From sequence record SRR31156797_8840: a stretch of 51,684 nt of DNA; one strand, given 5' to 3'. The position numbers and the translations under genes were made by a program. This document shows positions 28,503 through 38,167 of the stretch, in pieces. The stretch's first letter is position 1. The number at the start of each line of letters is the position of its first letter. A model generated the notes under the pieces. The model ran no database searches, was not told the origin of the DNA, and saw only the letters and a list, made by a program, of their open reading frames with translations.

Positions 28503-30818
28503 GTGAGTATTACCGTGACCCGTCGACCAATTCATTATATTCTCATTTTAAAGATGCTAATCCTCCTGTTGTTGAGTACTCCAACATCAGGACAGGGTGT
28601 AGCCGTGGTGCTAAGCGGAGGCGGATCACGTGGCATGGCACACATTGGCGTTTTAAAGGCGCTCGAAGAAAACAACATCCCCATCGATTATATTGCAGGT
28701 ACTTCTATTGGTGCTGCAGTTGGAGCACTTTATGCTGCAGGATATTCTCCCAGGGAAATGGAATCCATCTTTACAAGTGATAATTTTGATCGCTGGGTTA
28801 ACATGAATCCTGCCCCGGGCCTCTCTTACTATTACACCAAAGAAGATCCTGATGCGGGTTGGATTGACTTTAAGCTTGATTTTAAGAACAAATACTCAAA
28901 ATTTTTACCTGACCGGATAAAAAATCCTACAGAACTAGACTTTGAGCTGGTGAAAATATTTGCAGATGCTTCTGCTGTGGCTAATTACAATTTCGACAGC
29001 CTTATGGTGCCCTTTAGGTGTGTAACTGCCTATATCGATTCGAGCCGTGCGGTGGTGATCAGGGACGGAAGCCTGGCCAACGCAGTTCGCGCATCGGTAA
29101 CTTTCCCATTCCTGTTTAAACCCATCGAAATTGATGGGAAATTGCTTTTTGACGGCGGTATGTACAACAATTTCCCCAGCGATATTGCCAGGGAATCCTT
29201 TGATCCGGCGTATATTATCGGGAGTAAAGTTTCGGGTAATTTCCCCAAACCTGATCCAGAAGATATCATTTCGCAGATACAGAACATGCTGATGACCAAT
29301 ACCGATTTCAGCCTGGATACATCAAATGGGATAATGATTGAACCGACAATCAAAAAAACCAGTTTAACTGATTTTACCCGGCACGAGGAATACATCAACG
29401 ATGGTTATGTGGCTGCACTCGATAAAATGGACGAGATAAAAAAGCGAATTCCGCAGTTAGTATCTTCTGAAGTCATCATTGAAAGACGTAATTCTTTTAA
29501 CAGGAAAAAACCGGAATACCTTATTGATTCAGTACAAGTAGAAGGCCTGACCAACAACCAAAAGCGTTATGTTTATAAAACCCTGTCCGCCAAATCAAAG
29601 GTGATCTCTATTGATGATCTTGAAAAGCAATATTATAAACTCGTTGCAGATGGTCAGCTGGTTTTGAACGGCATTAAATTGCAATACAATCCTGAAACTG
29701 AAAAATATGGCCTTTTTCTTAAAATAATTCCTGCAGACAAATTCTACCTGAAGTTTGGAGGAAATATTTCCTCCCGGGTTGCTAATCTTGCTTTTGTTGA
29801 ACTAAACTACAAAGAGCTTTTCCAGGATGCCCTCAAACTCAGGATGAATGTCTATTTCGGGAGATTTTATAATTCGGTGTTACTAGGCAGCCGGTTTGAC
29901 TTTCCGGGTAGGTTGCCGGTATATATGGGTGCCAACCTGGTTTACAACCATTTCGATTATTTTAAAAATACACTACATTTTATTGAGGACGTAACGCCAT
30001 CTTACCTGATACAAAACGAAAATTATTTCAGGCTTTACGGCGGAATTCCGACAAACTCAACTGGTAAGCTGGAACTGGACCTTATGGCTGGCCTGCGCGA
30101 GGATTCGTATCATCAGAGCAATGTCTTTAGCAGGGAAGATACGGCCGATGTAACAAAGTTCAGCTTTCTTCAATCAGCCATTAATTGGGAACTTAATTCA
30201 CTAAATCATAAACAATATGCCAATTCCGGAGCAAGATTCAGGATCAAAGTTGGCATCCTGACCGGTGAGGAAGAATTTGAAAGTGGATCGATCACGTCAA
30301 CGGGATTGGACCGGGCTAAACAAACCCAGAACCGCTTATTTTTCGACCTGCTGTGGGATAATTATTTCCAACAACTGGGACCGGTTAAACTTGGGTTTTA
30401 TGGCAGACTTCATCTTTCAAATCAGGAGTTTTTCAGCAACTATACTTCCAGTGTACTGGCGGCACCCGTATTTGAACCCATCCCCGAAAGCAAAACATTA
30501 TTCCTGCCCAATTTCAGGGCCTATAATTTTGGCACTGTAGGAATGAAAGCAGTTTGGAAAATCGCTCGCAGAATTGACTTACGAGCCGAAGCTTATTTGT
30601 ATCAGCCGTATCGCCATATTATGCAAAACGCGGACAACACACCCTACTTTGGGGAGGAGTTTGCTAACCGTTATTGGATGGGTACCGGGGCTCTTGTTTA
30701 CCACACTTTTTTTGGGCCTATCAGCTTTTCAGTGAATTATTTTGATAACCCCGATGAAAAATTTTATGCAGCGCTGAATATTGGATTCCTGATTTTTAAT
30801 AAACGTGCTTTAGAGTAA
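28503..30818 (+). CDS. patatin-like phospholipase with POTRA-like and beta-barrel C-terminus (PlpD-like)
   Basis: LSGGGSRG, GTSIG, DGG; C-terminal NIGFLIF barrel ending; start may be ATG 28554. Confidence 0.88.
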   Translation: MSITVTRRPIHYILILKMLILLLLSTPTSGQGVAVVLSGGGSRGMAHIGVLKALEENNIPIDYIAGTSIGAAVGALYAAGYSPREMESIFTSDNFDRWVNMNPAPGLSYYYTKEDPDAGWIDFKLDFKNKYSKFLPDRIKNPTELDFELVKIFADASAVANYNFDSLMVPFRCVTAYIDSSRAVVIRDGSLANAVRASVTFPFLFKPIEIDGKLLFDGGMYNNFPSDIARESFDPAYIIGSKVSGNFPKPDPEDIISQIQNMLMTNTDFSLDTSNGIMIEPTIKKTSLTDFTRHEEYINDGYVAALDKMDEIKKRIPQLVSSEVIIERRNSFNRKKPEYLIDSVQVEGLTNNQKRYVYKTLSAKSKVISIDDLEKQYYKLVADGQLVLNGIKLQYNPETEKYGLFLKIIPADKFYLKFGGNISSRVANLAFVELNYKELFQDALKLRMNVYFGRFYNSVLLGSRFDFPGRLPVYMGANLVYNHFDYFKNTLHFIEDVTPSYLIQNENYFRLYGGIPTNSTGKLELDLMAGLREDSYHQSNVFSREDTADVTKFSFLQSAINWELNSLNHKQYANSGARFRIKVGILTGEEEFESGSITSTGLDRAKQTQNRLFFDLLWDNYFQQLGPVKLGFYGRLHLSNQEFFSNYTSSVLAAPVFEPIPESKTLFLPNFRAYNFGTVGMKAVWKIARRIDLRAEAYLYQPYRHIMQNADNTPYFGEEFANRYWMGTGALVYHTFFGPISFSVNYFDNPDEKFYAALNIGFLIFNKRALE

Positions 30819-30821
30819 TGA

Positions 30822-31142
30822 TCAATATCGTGTCATGGTTGGGTCCACCTCCAGTGCCCACTGGTTTATCCCACCATCAAGGTTTACAAGATTGCTGAAC
30901 CCGAATTTTTCTTCGAGATGCTGAATTAACAAAATACTCCTGATACCGTGATGATTGTAAATTATGGTTTCCTTCACCGGTTGAATGTTTGATGGATCCT
31001 TTGCTACCAAACCCATCGGAAGAAAATCGGAGTTTGGAATAAAACAAATTTCCCTTTCATATTCTTCCCGGATATCCAGCACACGGATATTTTCTTCTGA
31101 TCGAAGTTTTAGTCTTAATTCAGAGACAGAAATGGATTTCAT
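30822..31142 (-). CDS. rhodanese-like domain protein (active-site Cys replaced by Asn)
   Basis: LDIRE.YE, YNHHGIRS, NLDGGI..W..EVDP..RY. Confidence 0.85.
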   Translation of the reverse strand: MKSISVSELRLKLRSEENIRVLDIREEYEREICFIPNSDFLPMGLVAKDPSNIQPVKETIIYNHHGIRSILLIQHLEEKFGFSNLVNLDGGINQWALEVDPTMTRY

Positions 31143-31153
31143 CGGGGAATTTA

Positions 31154-31849
31154 TTAAGATTCTGCATCGGCGATTTCCTGCAGTTCGTTCGATTCGAAAA
31201 TTACCTGGCTGGTGGGTGAACTGTTTGCGATAATGATCATTGCTTTGGCCACAACATCAGCCTGAATTGCACGGTATTTTTTCCATTTTCCGGATAGAAA
31301 GGGTTTAAAAATTTTCATCCCAATTTTGCCTATTTCCTCACCAAACCTAAATTCACTGCGATTGCCAAGCAGCATTGAAGGCCTGCCAATTGTTATCTGC
31401 GAAATCGTTAGCTTTTTAACGGTTTCCTCCATCCTACCCTTTGTGCGGAGGTAAAAATTTTTAGAATCAGCACTACTACCTATTGAAGATATCACCAGGT
31501 AATGCATCACCTTTTTGCTTTCACAAATTTTACCGATTTCTACAGGAAGGTCATGATCAACCTTTTCAAATTGTGGTTTAGATCCGGCTTTTTTTATGGT
31601 CGTTCCCAGGCAGCAAAACACGTCTTCACCAAGCGGGATATCATTGAGCGTTTTTAGATCTGTCAGGTCATCAACAACCTCTTTGAATTTGGGATTATCG
31701 ATGTTTTGTTTTTGGCGGTTTATGCATAAAATTTCACCATATTTCGGATTCAAAAGCAACTGTTCCACCAGCGCTCGACCAACAAGTCCGGAACCACCAA
31801 AAACTACTGCTGTTTTTAAATTTTTTCTGTTAAAATTCTTCTTTGCCAT
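31154..31849 (-). CDS. NAD(P)H-binding protein (CC3/TIP30/YraR-like)
   Basis: GGSGLVG, FCCLGTT...AGS, FYLRTKG, RPS.LLG.R; start ATG 31849. Confidence 0.88.
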   Translation of the reverse strand: MAKKNFNRKNLKTAVVFGGSGLVGRALVEQLLLNPKYGEILCINRQKQNIDNPKFKEVVDDLTDLKTLNDIPLGEDVFCCLGTTIKKAGSKPQFEKVDHDLPVEIGKICESKKVMHYLVISSIGSSADSKNFYLRTKGRMEETVKKLTISQITIGRPSMLLGNRSEFRFGEEIGKIGMKIFKPFLSGKWKKYRAIQADVVAKAMIIIANSSPTSQVIFESNELQEIADAES

Positions 31850-32846
31850 AGATTCTTTGCCACAGTTGTTTAAATAATTCTCCTGTACCTTCGAAAGACT
31901 TTTCAGCTTCCTCAACTTTAATATTTCCATTTTCGTTCTTCACCAGATACCGAAACACATAAGTTCCGGTACCGGTTTCCCAGTTTTTAATCCGGCCAAA
32001 TCGCAGATCATTGATCAACAAACCATCAGGGTGATTTTCAACAACGAAATATCCTTTCGTAAATCGCAGAATTCTCTCCACCGGCTTGTAATTTTTAAAT
32101 GGTTGAATCAAATGGTGGTTTTTATTGATCTGCTCAAATTGTATATCCTTATCATCATCCAAATGCGAATAATATCCCACAAGAAAAGCATTATCTGTTT
32201 CCACCACAGCTGCCCACAACACCTGATTCAAGGGGGTTGGATTGGTGATCAGTCTATCGTAGGTTATTTCCTGATTTAGAAGGCTGTTCTCGAAAACCCG
32301 GTTGATTACCTGCTTATTTGCGATTGTAAATAATAGATAAAATGCGCTTATTGAAATACCGAGCCGGTTCAGCATTCTTCTTTGTTTACTTCCCATCTTT
32401 TTGAATAGCAGCCAAATGGTGGTTGCCAGCAACGGAAAAGTAAACAACGGGTCCACAACAAAAATGGTATTGAATTCGAAGCGGTATTTCAGTGGCCAAA
32501 ACAGTTGTGTGCCGTAGGTTGTGAACGCATCGATCAGGATTGACGAAGAAAATATCAACCCGAAATAAACAAGCCATTCCCTGTATAAAATATTTCGACG
32601 CTTGAAAAAATGGGAAAATATCCAGCCAAACAGGGGAGCAGCAATAAACACAAAAGCCAGGGAGTGACTGAAACCCCGATGAAATAATAGCCTGGAGGCA
32701 TCATCCATAAACATGCCCGGAATCACATCAAGATCGGATAATGTGCCCGCCGCAGCCCCCATAAGCACTGCTTTGTTTCCGAGTTTTTTGCCCAAAACAG
32801 CCTCACCGACTGCCGCACCAACTACCAGTTGTGTTAACGAATCCAT
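31830..32846 (-). CDS. metal-dependent hydrolase (YdjM-like, membrane)
   Basis: MDSLTQ, DLD, HRGFSHS, D.FTTYGT, DLRFG. Confidence 0.88.
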   Translation of the reverse strand: MDSLTQLVVGAAVGEAVLGKKLGNKAVLMGAAAGTLSDLDVIPGMFMDDASRLLFHRGFSHSLAFVFIAAPLFGWIFSHFFKRRNILYREWLVYFGLIFSSSILIDAFTTYGTQLFWPLKYRFEFNTIFVVDPLFTFPLLATTIWLLFKKMGSKQRRMLNRLGISISAFYLLFTIANKQVINRVFENSLLNQEITYDRLITNPTPLNQVLWAAVVETDNAFLVGYYSHLDDDKDIQFEQINKNHHLIQPFKNYKPVERILRFTKGYFVVENHPDGLLINDLRFGRIKNWETGTGTYVFRYLVKNENGNIKVEEAEKSFEGTGELFKQLWQRIYGKEEF

Positions 32847-32863
32847 CCAGAATAATCGGGCTG

Positions 32864-33241
32864 TTAAAAGGGCAGATCGTCGGTTGGTTCTTCAACTTCC
32901 GGGATATCCTCAACGCCGGGAGGTGGCGGATTTTCGCCCTGAACGGGCTGCGCGGCAGCTTCCACACGCCAGGCCTCCAGGTTGTTAAAATAACTCACCT
33001 GGCCGTTCTTTTCCCAACGCCGGCCACGAATATTAAACGAAACCTTCAGGTCTTCACCAATATTGGTGCTGTCAATCAAATCGCAGCGATCCTGGGTTAG
33101 CTGAAATTTAATCGTTTCAACAAATTCGTTAGAACCCACATTTTCACGGGTTTCCAATACAAATTCCCGTTTCCTGAAACGATCTGTTACCTGCTGTGCT
33201 TCAAACTTTTCGATCAGTTTTCCTTCTATCTCAAAACTCAT
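32864..33241 (-). CDS. DUF3127 family protein (SSB-like OB fold)
   Basis: FRKREFV, V.FNIRGR.W, YFN.LEAW, DDLPF tail. Confidence 0.9.
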   Translation of the reverse strand: MSFEIEGKLIEKFEAQQVTDRFRKREFVLETRENVGSNEFVETIKFQLTQDRCDLIDSTNIGEDLKVSFNIRGRRWEKNGQVSYFNNLEAWRVEAAAQPVQGENPPPPGVEDIPEVEEPTDDLPF

Positions 33242-33398
33242 TATTGCAAAAATTTTATATTAATTACTCGATTTCTGTGTGAACCTGCAAAGATCATAAT
33301 TTTCGTCAGACAACTATTCAAAACTTAGTCCTGTCATAATCTAAATTCAGTTGTTACTTATAATTGAATACCATTCGTTATTTACCGCTGCGGAAACT

Positions 33399-34076
33399 CT
33401 AACACCACTTTCCTCTGATTGTTGGCTGCTTTAGTGATTTTTTCAACAGTTCAAGATATTTATCAAGCGGGATCAGTTTGGCACCCATACGGCGCATGTG
33501 TGATGTATCCTGTTGCGCATCAATCAGGTCGAAATTGAATGATTTAAGTTTTTCGGTAAGATGAAACAACGCTACTTTTGAAGCGTCAGGGCGCAGGAAA
33601 AACATCGACTCACCACAAAAAATCCTGCCAAGGGAAACGCCATACAATCCACCCACAAGCTCACCTTTATAATATGTTTCTACAGAATGTGCAAAACCCC
33701 GGCGATGAAGTTCAACATAAGCTTTTATCATGTGTGGATTTATCCAGGTTCCATCCTGACCGGGCCTCTGCGCTCGTGCACAATGGCGAATCACTTTTTC
33801 GAAATTTTGATCAAATTTTACTTCCGTATCCTGATTCCGGATGGATTGCCGAAGTGAATCTGAAACCTTTAATTGATCAGGAAACAATACCATTCGTGGA
33901 TCCAGCGCCCACCAGAGAATCGGTGAGTCTTCGTCGAACCAGGGAAAAATGCCATTGGAATAAGCCAGCAATAACCGCTCAACCGACAAATCTCCGCCGT
34001 AGGCCAATAACCCCTCCTCATTTGCAAGTTTCGGATGCGGAAAAATCAATTCGTTAGTAAGTTCGTAGACAGGCAC
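33399..34076 (-). CDS. aat: leucyl/phenylalanyl-tRNA-protein transferase
   Basis: GGDL, AY..GIFPW, TWI, AHSVE, LVGGLYG, GESMF, ASKVA. Confidence 0.95.
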   Translation of the reverse strand: MPVYELTNELIFPHPKLANEEGLLAYGGDLSVERLLLAYSNGIFPWFDEDSPILWWALDPRMVLFPDQLKVSDSLRQSIRNQDTEVKFDQNFEKVIRHCARAQRPGQDGTWINPHMIKAYVELHRRGFAHSVETYYKGELVGGLYGVSLGRIFCGESMFFLRPDASKVALFHLTEKLKSFNFDLIDAQQDTSHMRRMGAKLIPLDKYLELLKKSLKQPTIRGKWC

Positions 34077-34245
34077 GGAGGAGAAATTGGTTATTAGTCA
34101 TTGGTTAATCACAACTCTGTTGTCTTCCGAAGCTTTTCATCGCTGTATAAGTTTTGGTGAATGAAAAGCGAACGAGAAGTTATTTATTAACTTGCGTCAT
34201 GCGCCTCAGGCTATTCACCCGGCGCTCTGTGCTAAGCAACATAGG

Positions 34246-35877
34246 CTATAAAATCACTATTTTTTCAACTGCCATAGTTTTTTCTGATGTTTCAATTAAA
34301 ATACTGTAAATGCCCTTGCACAAACCATCAGGTAGTTCAATAAATACACCATTTTCGTCGATGCTTGAATTATAAACCAGGTTTCCATTCATATCCTGCA
34401 CCATTATTCGTGACGGGAAATCAATCTGCTTGACAGACAAGGTAAAATTACCATTGCAAGGGTTCGGAAAAATACGCATCTGTGGCAAGTTCGTCATAAT
34501 TTCATTTATTTCCACACCTTGATCAAACCAGAATTTGAAAGCTCCACCTTCACCTTGTGGCGGAAAAAACACATGATCATCACCCACCGAAGCCGTTAAG
34601 AAATATTGTAAAGTATCAGTCGGGGCAATATCCGTGAAAGCTGCCGAATAGATTTGTCCGCTTTCCGTTAAAGGGATTTTCTGATAATCCTGTTCTTCAG
34701 ATTTTCGATGGTGCAAAAAAGCAGAATCCATAACGCCTTCAAAAAACAACTCAGCTTCAATGATAAAAGGCGCGGTAAAATCCTGCATTCCAATTACTTT
34801 TCGGTGATTTATTTTAAGGTAATTTGGCTTGGTCACTTCTTTGGCAATACAATGCAAAGCCCCGTATAGCGGTGTAAGTGGCGTGGCATCCACCATTTCG
34901 ATGCGATAACCGGGCATATTGATTTCATAAACCTGCCTGGCTGTGCTGTCGTATTCCGGAAGGCCATAGGTTGGCAGAACAATCACATCGTTGATAATGA
35001 TGGAATTGGTGTAGGTACGCATTTCATCATTCTGTGTAGTTGCCCAGGATCCATTTGCTTTTGGCGGTGCAGGAATTCTCACCACTTTATATTCACGGCC
35101 GTTGGCATTGGTCATCTTCTCCAGTGTATCCACAAACGATTCAATCAACGCATAATCCGGAACAAATTCCGGATATTCAGATACCATGATGGTTTCGCTG
35201 TCGAGTATTTTCATGAACATATCCACGTGGCACCAAATACCACCACCACTGTTGGTAAGCGCTTCCAGGAACATCATATCATCCAGCCCAAGATATTCCT
35301 CCATTGTTTCTTTCACCTCCTGTTGGGACATACCCGGATTTTGGGAAAAAATTCGTGTACTTCCCCATCCACGGCCCAGGCCGTCTGTCAGGACATTGCC
35401 ACCTTCAAATTCAACCGGAAAATCGCTTACCGGAATATTAAAATAATTGGCCAGTTGTGTAGGCATGGAATCATCGTTTGGCCTTCCGTAGGCTGAATAT
35501 CCTGCATCCAGAAATAAACGCTCAGTGGTTTCACCGGTCTGATATCCGGCAAACGGGCCATAATCCCTGATCCATAATGTTTCTGTCCAACCCGGGATCA
35601 GGAACACATTTTCATCAGGTACGCCATGATCGCGCATATAGTTTCTGATTTCTGTAGTATCCATAGGGGCGGTTCCGGGATAATAAATCACCCAAACCTT
35701 TGCCGAAGGTTGCACTGCCTTGGCAATAGCTGCTGTGACCGGATTGCGACTGTCATTATAATCCCATGTGAGCAGTAAACCTTCCTGTTTTTCAAATTCA
35801 GGTGGAAAATAAACTTCCTGGCAGGTAATGGACACACTTAAAAAGGTAAGGAGTACTATAAGATAGAAATTGCGCAT
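34246..35877 (-). CDS. agmatine/peptidylarginine deiminase family protein with T9SS C-terminal domain
   Basis: Signal peptide from ATG 35877; WIRDYGP, EGGN, HVD, YTN, GALHC; IFPNP...G.Y...K CTD. Confidence 0.88.
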   Translation of the reverse strand: MRNFYLIVLLTFLSVSITCQEVYFPPEFEKQEGLLLTWDYNDSRNPVTAAIAKAVQPSAKVWVIYYPGTAPMDTTEIRNYMRDHGVPDENVFLIPGWTETLWIRDYGPFAGYQTGETTERLFLDAGYSAYGRPNDDSMPTQLANYFNIPVSDFPVEFEGGNVLTDGLGRGWGSTRIFSQNPGMSQQEVKETMEEYLGLDDMMFLEALTNSGGGIWCHVDMFMKILDSETIMVSEYPEFVPDYALIESFVDTLEKMTNANGREYKVVRIPAPPKANGSWATTQNDEMRTYTNSIIINDVIVLPTYGLPEYDSTARQVYEINMPGYRIEMVDATPLTPLYGALHCIAKEVTKPNYLKINHRKVIGMQDFTAPFIIEAELFFEGVMDSAFLHHRKSEEQDYQKIPLTESGQIYSAAFTDIAPTDTLQYFLTASVGDDHVFFPPQGEGGAFKFWFDQGVEINEIMTNLPQMRIFPNPCNGNFTLSVKQIDFPSRIMVQDMNGNLVYNSSIDENGVFIELPDGLCKGIYSILIETSEKTMAVEKIVIL

Positions 35878-35963
35878 AAAAATGTGAGTGAAGGATTGTC
35901 TGCAAAAAAACAAAATTTCCAACAAATTCCTTCAACCTTTTGTGATACAGAAGAAATGGAGAA

Positions 35964-37316
35964 TCATGAAACCTGAACTTCGGCCAGAACGAGTTCTCCC
36001 TCAACAGAAAAATCGGTTGATGAAGTAATTTTCAGATCAACAAATTCGCCAATAAGGTTCTCATTTTCTGATGCAAAGCGGCACACGATTTTGCCTTCGG
36101 TGAGTGCGGAGAGGAAACCATCTTTCCGGTCTTTTCGTGTAACCAAAACCTGAATGGTTTTGCCAATCAATTTGCTGTTATGACCGGCTGTATGCCTGCG
36201 GAGGTCTTCACTTAACTGGTGAAAACGGGTATTCTTTACCTCTCTGGGCACATCATCGGCCCACCGCGAACTGGTTGCTCCCGGCCTGGGCGAATACTGG
36301 GCAATGTATGCCATGTTGTATTTAAACTCGTCCATAATCTTACGCGTATTCTGAAACTGCTCATCGGTTTCACCGGTAAATCCTACAATGATATCTGTAA
36401 ACACGGCAGCCTCAGGGATCAGGCGCCAAATAGTTGCCATAATCCGGCGGTATTTTTCCACAGTATGCTTGCGGTTCATCCGGATCAACACCTTGTCATC
36501 ACCCGATTGGATGGGTAAATGGATTTGTTTGGCAAGGCATTTATATTGCGCGATAACCTCAATCACCTCATCCGTCATATCGCGTGGATGCGGCGATGTA
36601 AAATAGAGCCAAAAATCCTTATCTGAATTCTGCCCAAATTTTCCAATTTCTCTGAGGAGTTCAGGAAATGATAGCTCCTCTCCCTTCTTATCCAAACCAT
36701 AGGAATTCACATTCTGTCCTAAAAGTGTAATGGATTTATAGCCCTGATCTGCCAGGCGTTCAACTTCAGCAATAATCTCAGCTGAGGGCCTCGAAACTTC
36801 CCGCCCACGGGTATAAGGAACAGCACAAAATGTACAGAATTTATCGCAGCCATTCTGGATCGGAACAAATGCTTCAAAGTCGGAGGTATAGTGCGGTGTT
36901 ACTTTCCAAAAATTATCAATGCTGTCATTCCCCGGCATACTGCGCAGGTCATTAAAAAGAGATGCAGGTGTAACCACACCATATTGTTTGATCATCTCAG
37001 GCAACTTCTCCAATTCACTCATCCTGAAAACGATATCGAATAATTTCAGGAATTTATCCATATCGTTAGGCAAAATACATCCGGATATGAAGGTTACCAG
37101 GCTCTTTTGATTTTTCCATTTATTCCACTTCTGGATACGGGAATAAACTTTGTCGATGGCCTTCTGCCGGACGGAACAAGCCAGAATTCCCAGCAAATTC
37201 GCTTCTTCTTCATTGTCGGTCCACTGGTAGCCTGTTTGGCTTTCGATAACCGTGCGAACCCGCTCGCTGTCCGACATATTCATTTGGCAACCTAAAGTAA
37301 TAAGGTGGTATTTCAT
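35964..37316 (-). CDS. miaB: tRNA-2-methylthio-N6-dimethylallyladenosine synthase
   Basis: GCQMN, CDKFCTFC, LLGQNVNSY, SPHP, YSPRPG, TRAM domain. Confidence 0.88.
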   Translation of the reverse strand: MKYHLITLGCQMNMSDSERVRTVIESQTGYQWTDNEEEANLLGILACSVRQKAIDKVYSRIQKWNKWKNQKSLVTFISGCILPNDMDKFLKLFDIVFRMSELEKLPEMIKQYGVVTPASLFNDLRSMPGNDSIDNFWKVTPHYTSDFEAFVPIQNGCDKFCTFCAVPYTRGREVSRPSAEIIAEVERLADQGYKSITLLGQNVNSYGLDKKGEELSFPELLREIGKFGQNSDKDFWLYFTSPHPRDMTDEVIEVIAQYKCLAKQIHLPIQSGDDKVLIRMNRKHTVEKYRRIMATIWRLIPEAAVFTDIIVGFTGETDEQFQNTRKIMDEFKYNMAYIAQYSPRPGATSSRWADDVPREVKNTRFHQLSEDLRRHTAGHNSKLIGKTIQVLVTRKDRKDGFLSALTEGKIVCRFASENENLIGEFVDLKITSSTDFSVEGELVLAEVQVS

Positions 37317-37385
37317 CAAATAAAAATCTTAATTCAAAAACCTTTTCCCCAACATAAAAATAAAGCCTGGCGGGAAAATACAGAC

Positions 37386-38045
37386 CTAAAAATAAACTTC
37401 GGCATGCATATGATCTTCAGGCACACCCTTGTCAGTTAAAATATCAAATGCTTCATGTATCATCTTGACGTTTCCACACAAGAAATATTGTGTCGATTTA
37501 TCTACATCATGACTTCTTAAATATGCTGTAACCCTGCCGTGATAATCACCCGACTCATCACCTGAAGTACACAAGGTAAATCTTTCGTTTTCATATTCAG
37601 CCTGATCATAAGATTCATTTCCGTATCTTACACCATGAAGCACATGATAATCCAGCCCTGGATATGAGCGCACAAAACTTCTGAAAGGTGCAATGCCCGT
37701 ACCAGTTGCAATGAGCATAACTTTATTGTTATTTATGGTTTCCTGATCAATGGTAAAAAATCCCATCGGCCCATCCATCTGGAGTTCGCTTCCCGGCCTG
37801 AGTTTTTTTAATCTTTTTGATACATCTCCATCCAAAACTTCCTTGATGAGGACTTCAAAATATTCATCGCCTTCTGCGCTGTAAACTGAATATTCCCGGG
37901 CATTGTTTTCGTCCTTAATTCCGAGTATGACATGCTGTCCCGCCCTGAATTTCCTTTCATTCCTATCAAATCTTAAAACGTATGCTGAGTTTGTTAAATA
38001 TCTTACTCCCTGAACTGTAACCGGTTTGGTAATTGTATCCGCCAT
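37386..38045 (-). CDS. ferredoxin/flavodoxin-NADP+ reductase-like FAD/NAD(P)-binding oxidoreductase
   Basis: GQH, REYS, ATGTGIAPF, LCGN, EVYF; start uncertain. Confidence 0.88.
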   Translation of the reverse strand: MADTITKPVTVQGVRYLTNSAYVLRFDRNERKFRAGQHVILGIKDENNAREYSVYSAEGDEYFEVLIKEVLDGDVSKRLKKLRPGSELQMDGPMGFFTIDQETINNNKVMLIATGTGIAPFRSFVRSYPGLDYHVLHGVRYGNESYDQAEYENERFTLCTSGDESGDYHGRVTAYLRSHDVDKSTQYFLCGNVKMIHEAFDILTDKGVPEDHMHAEVYF

Positions 38046-38167
38046 TTTTCTGATCATTCTTCTGATTAAAGTTTTATACAAGCTAATTACATCATTAATT
38101 TAACAGTGCAATAACGTAGAGTTTTGTAGGATGTTCAAATAGCCGAAATGTTAATTCATTATAGGTA

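Noticed and set aside
34132-34169. Hairpin gcttttcat...atgaaaagc and a nearby GC-rich stem upstream of aat
   Set aside because: No U-tract, no second copy and no recognisable riboswitch motif; cannot be assigned.
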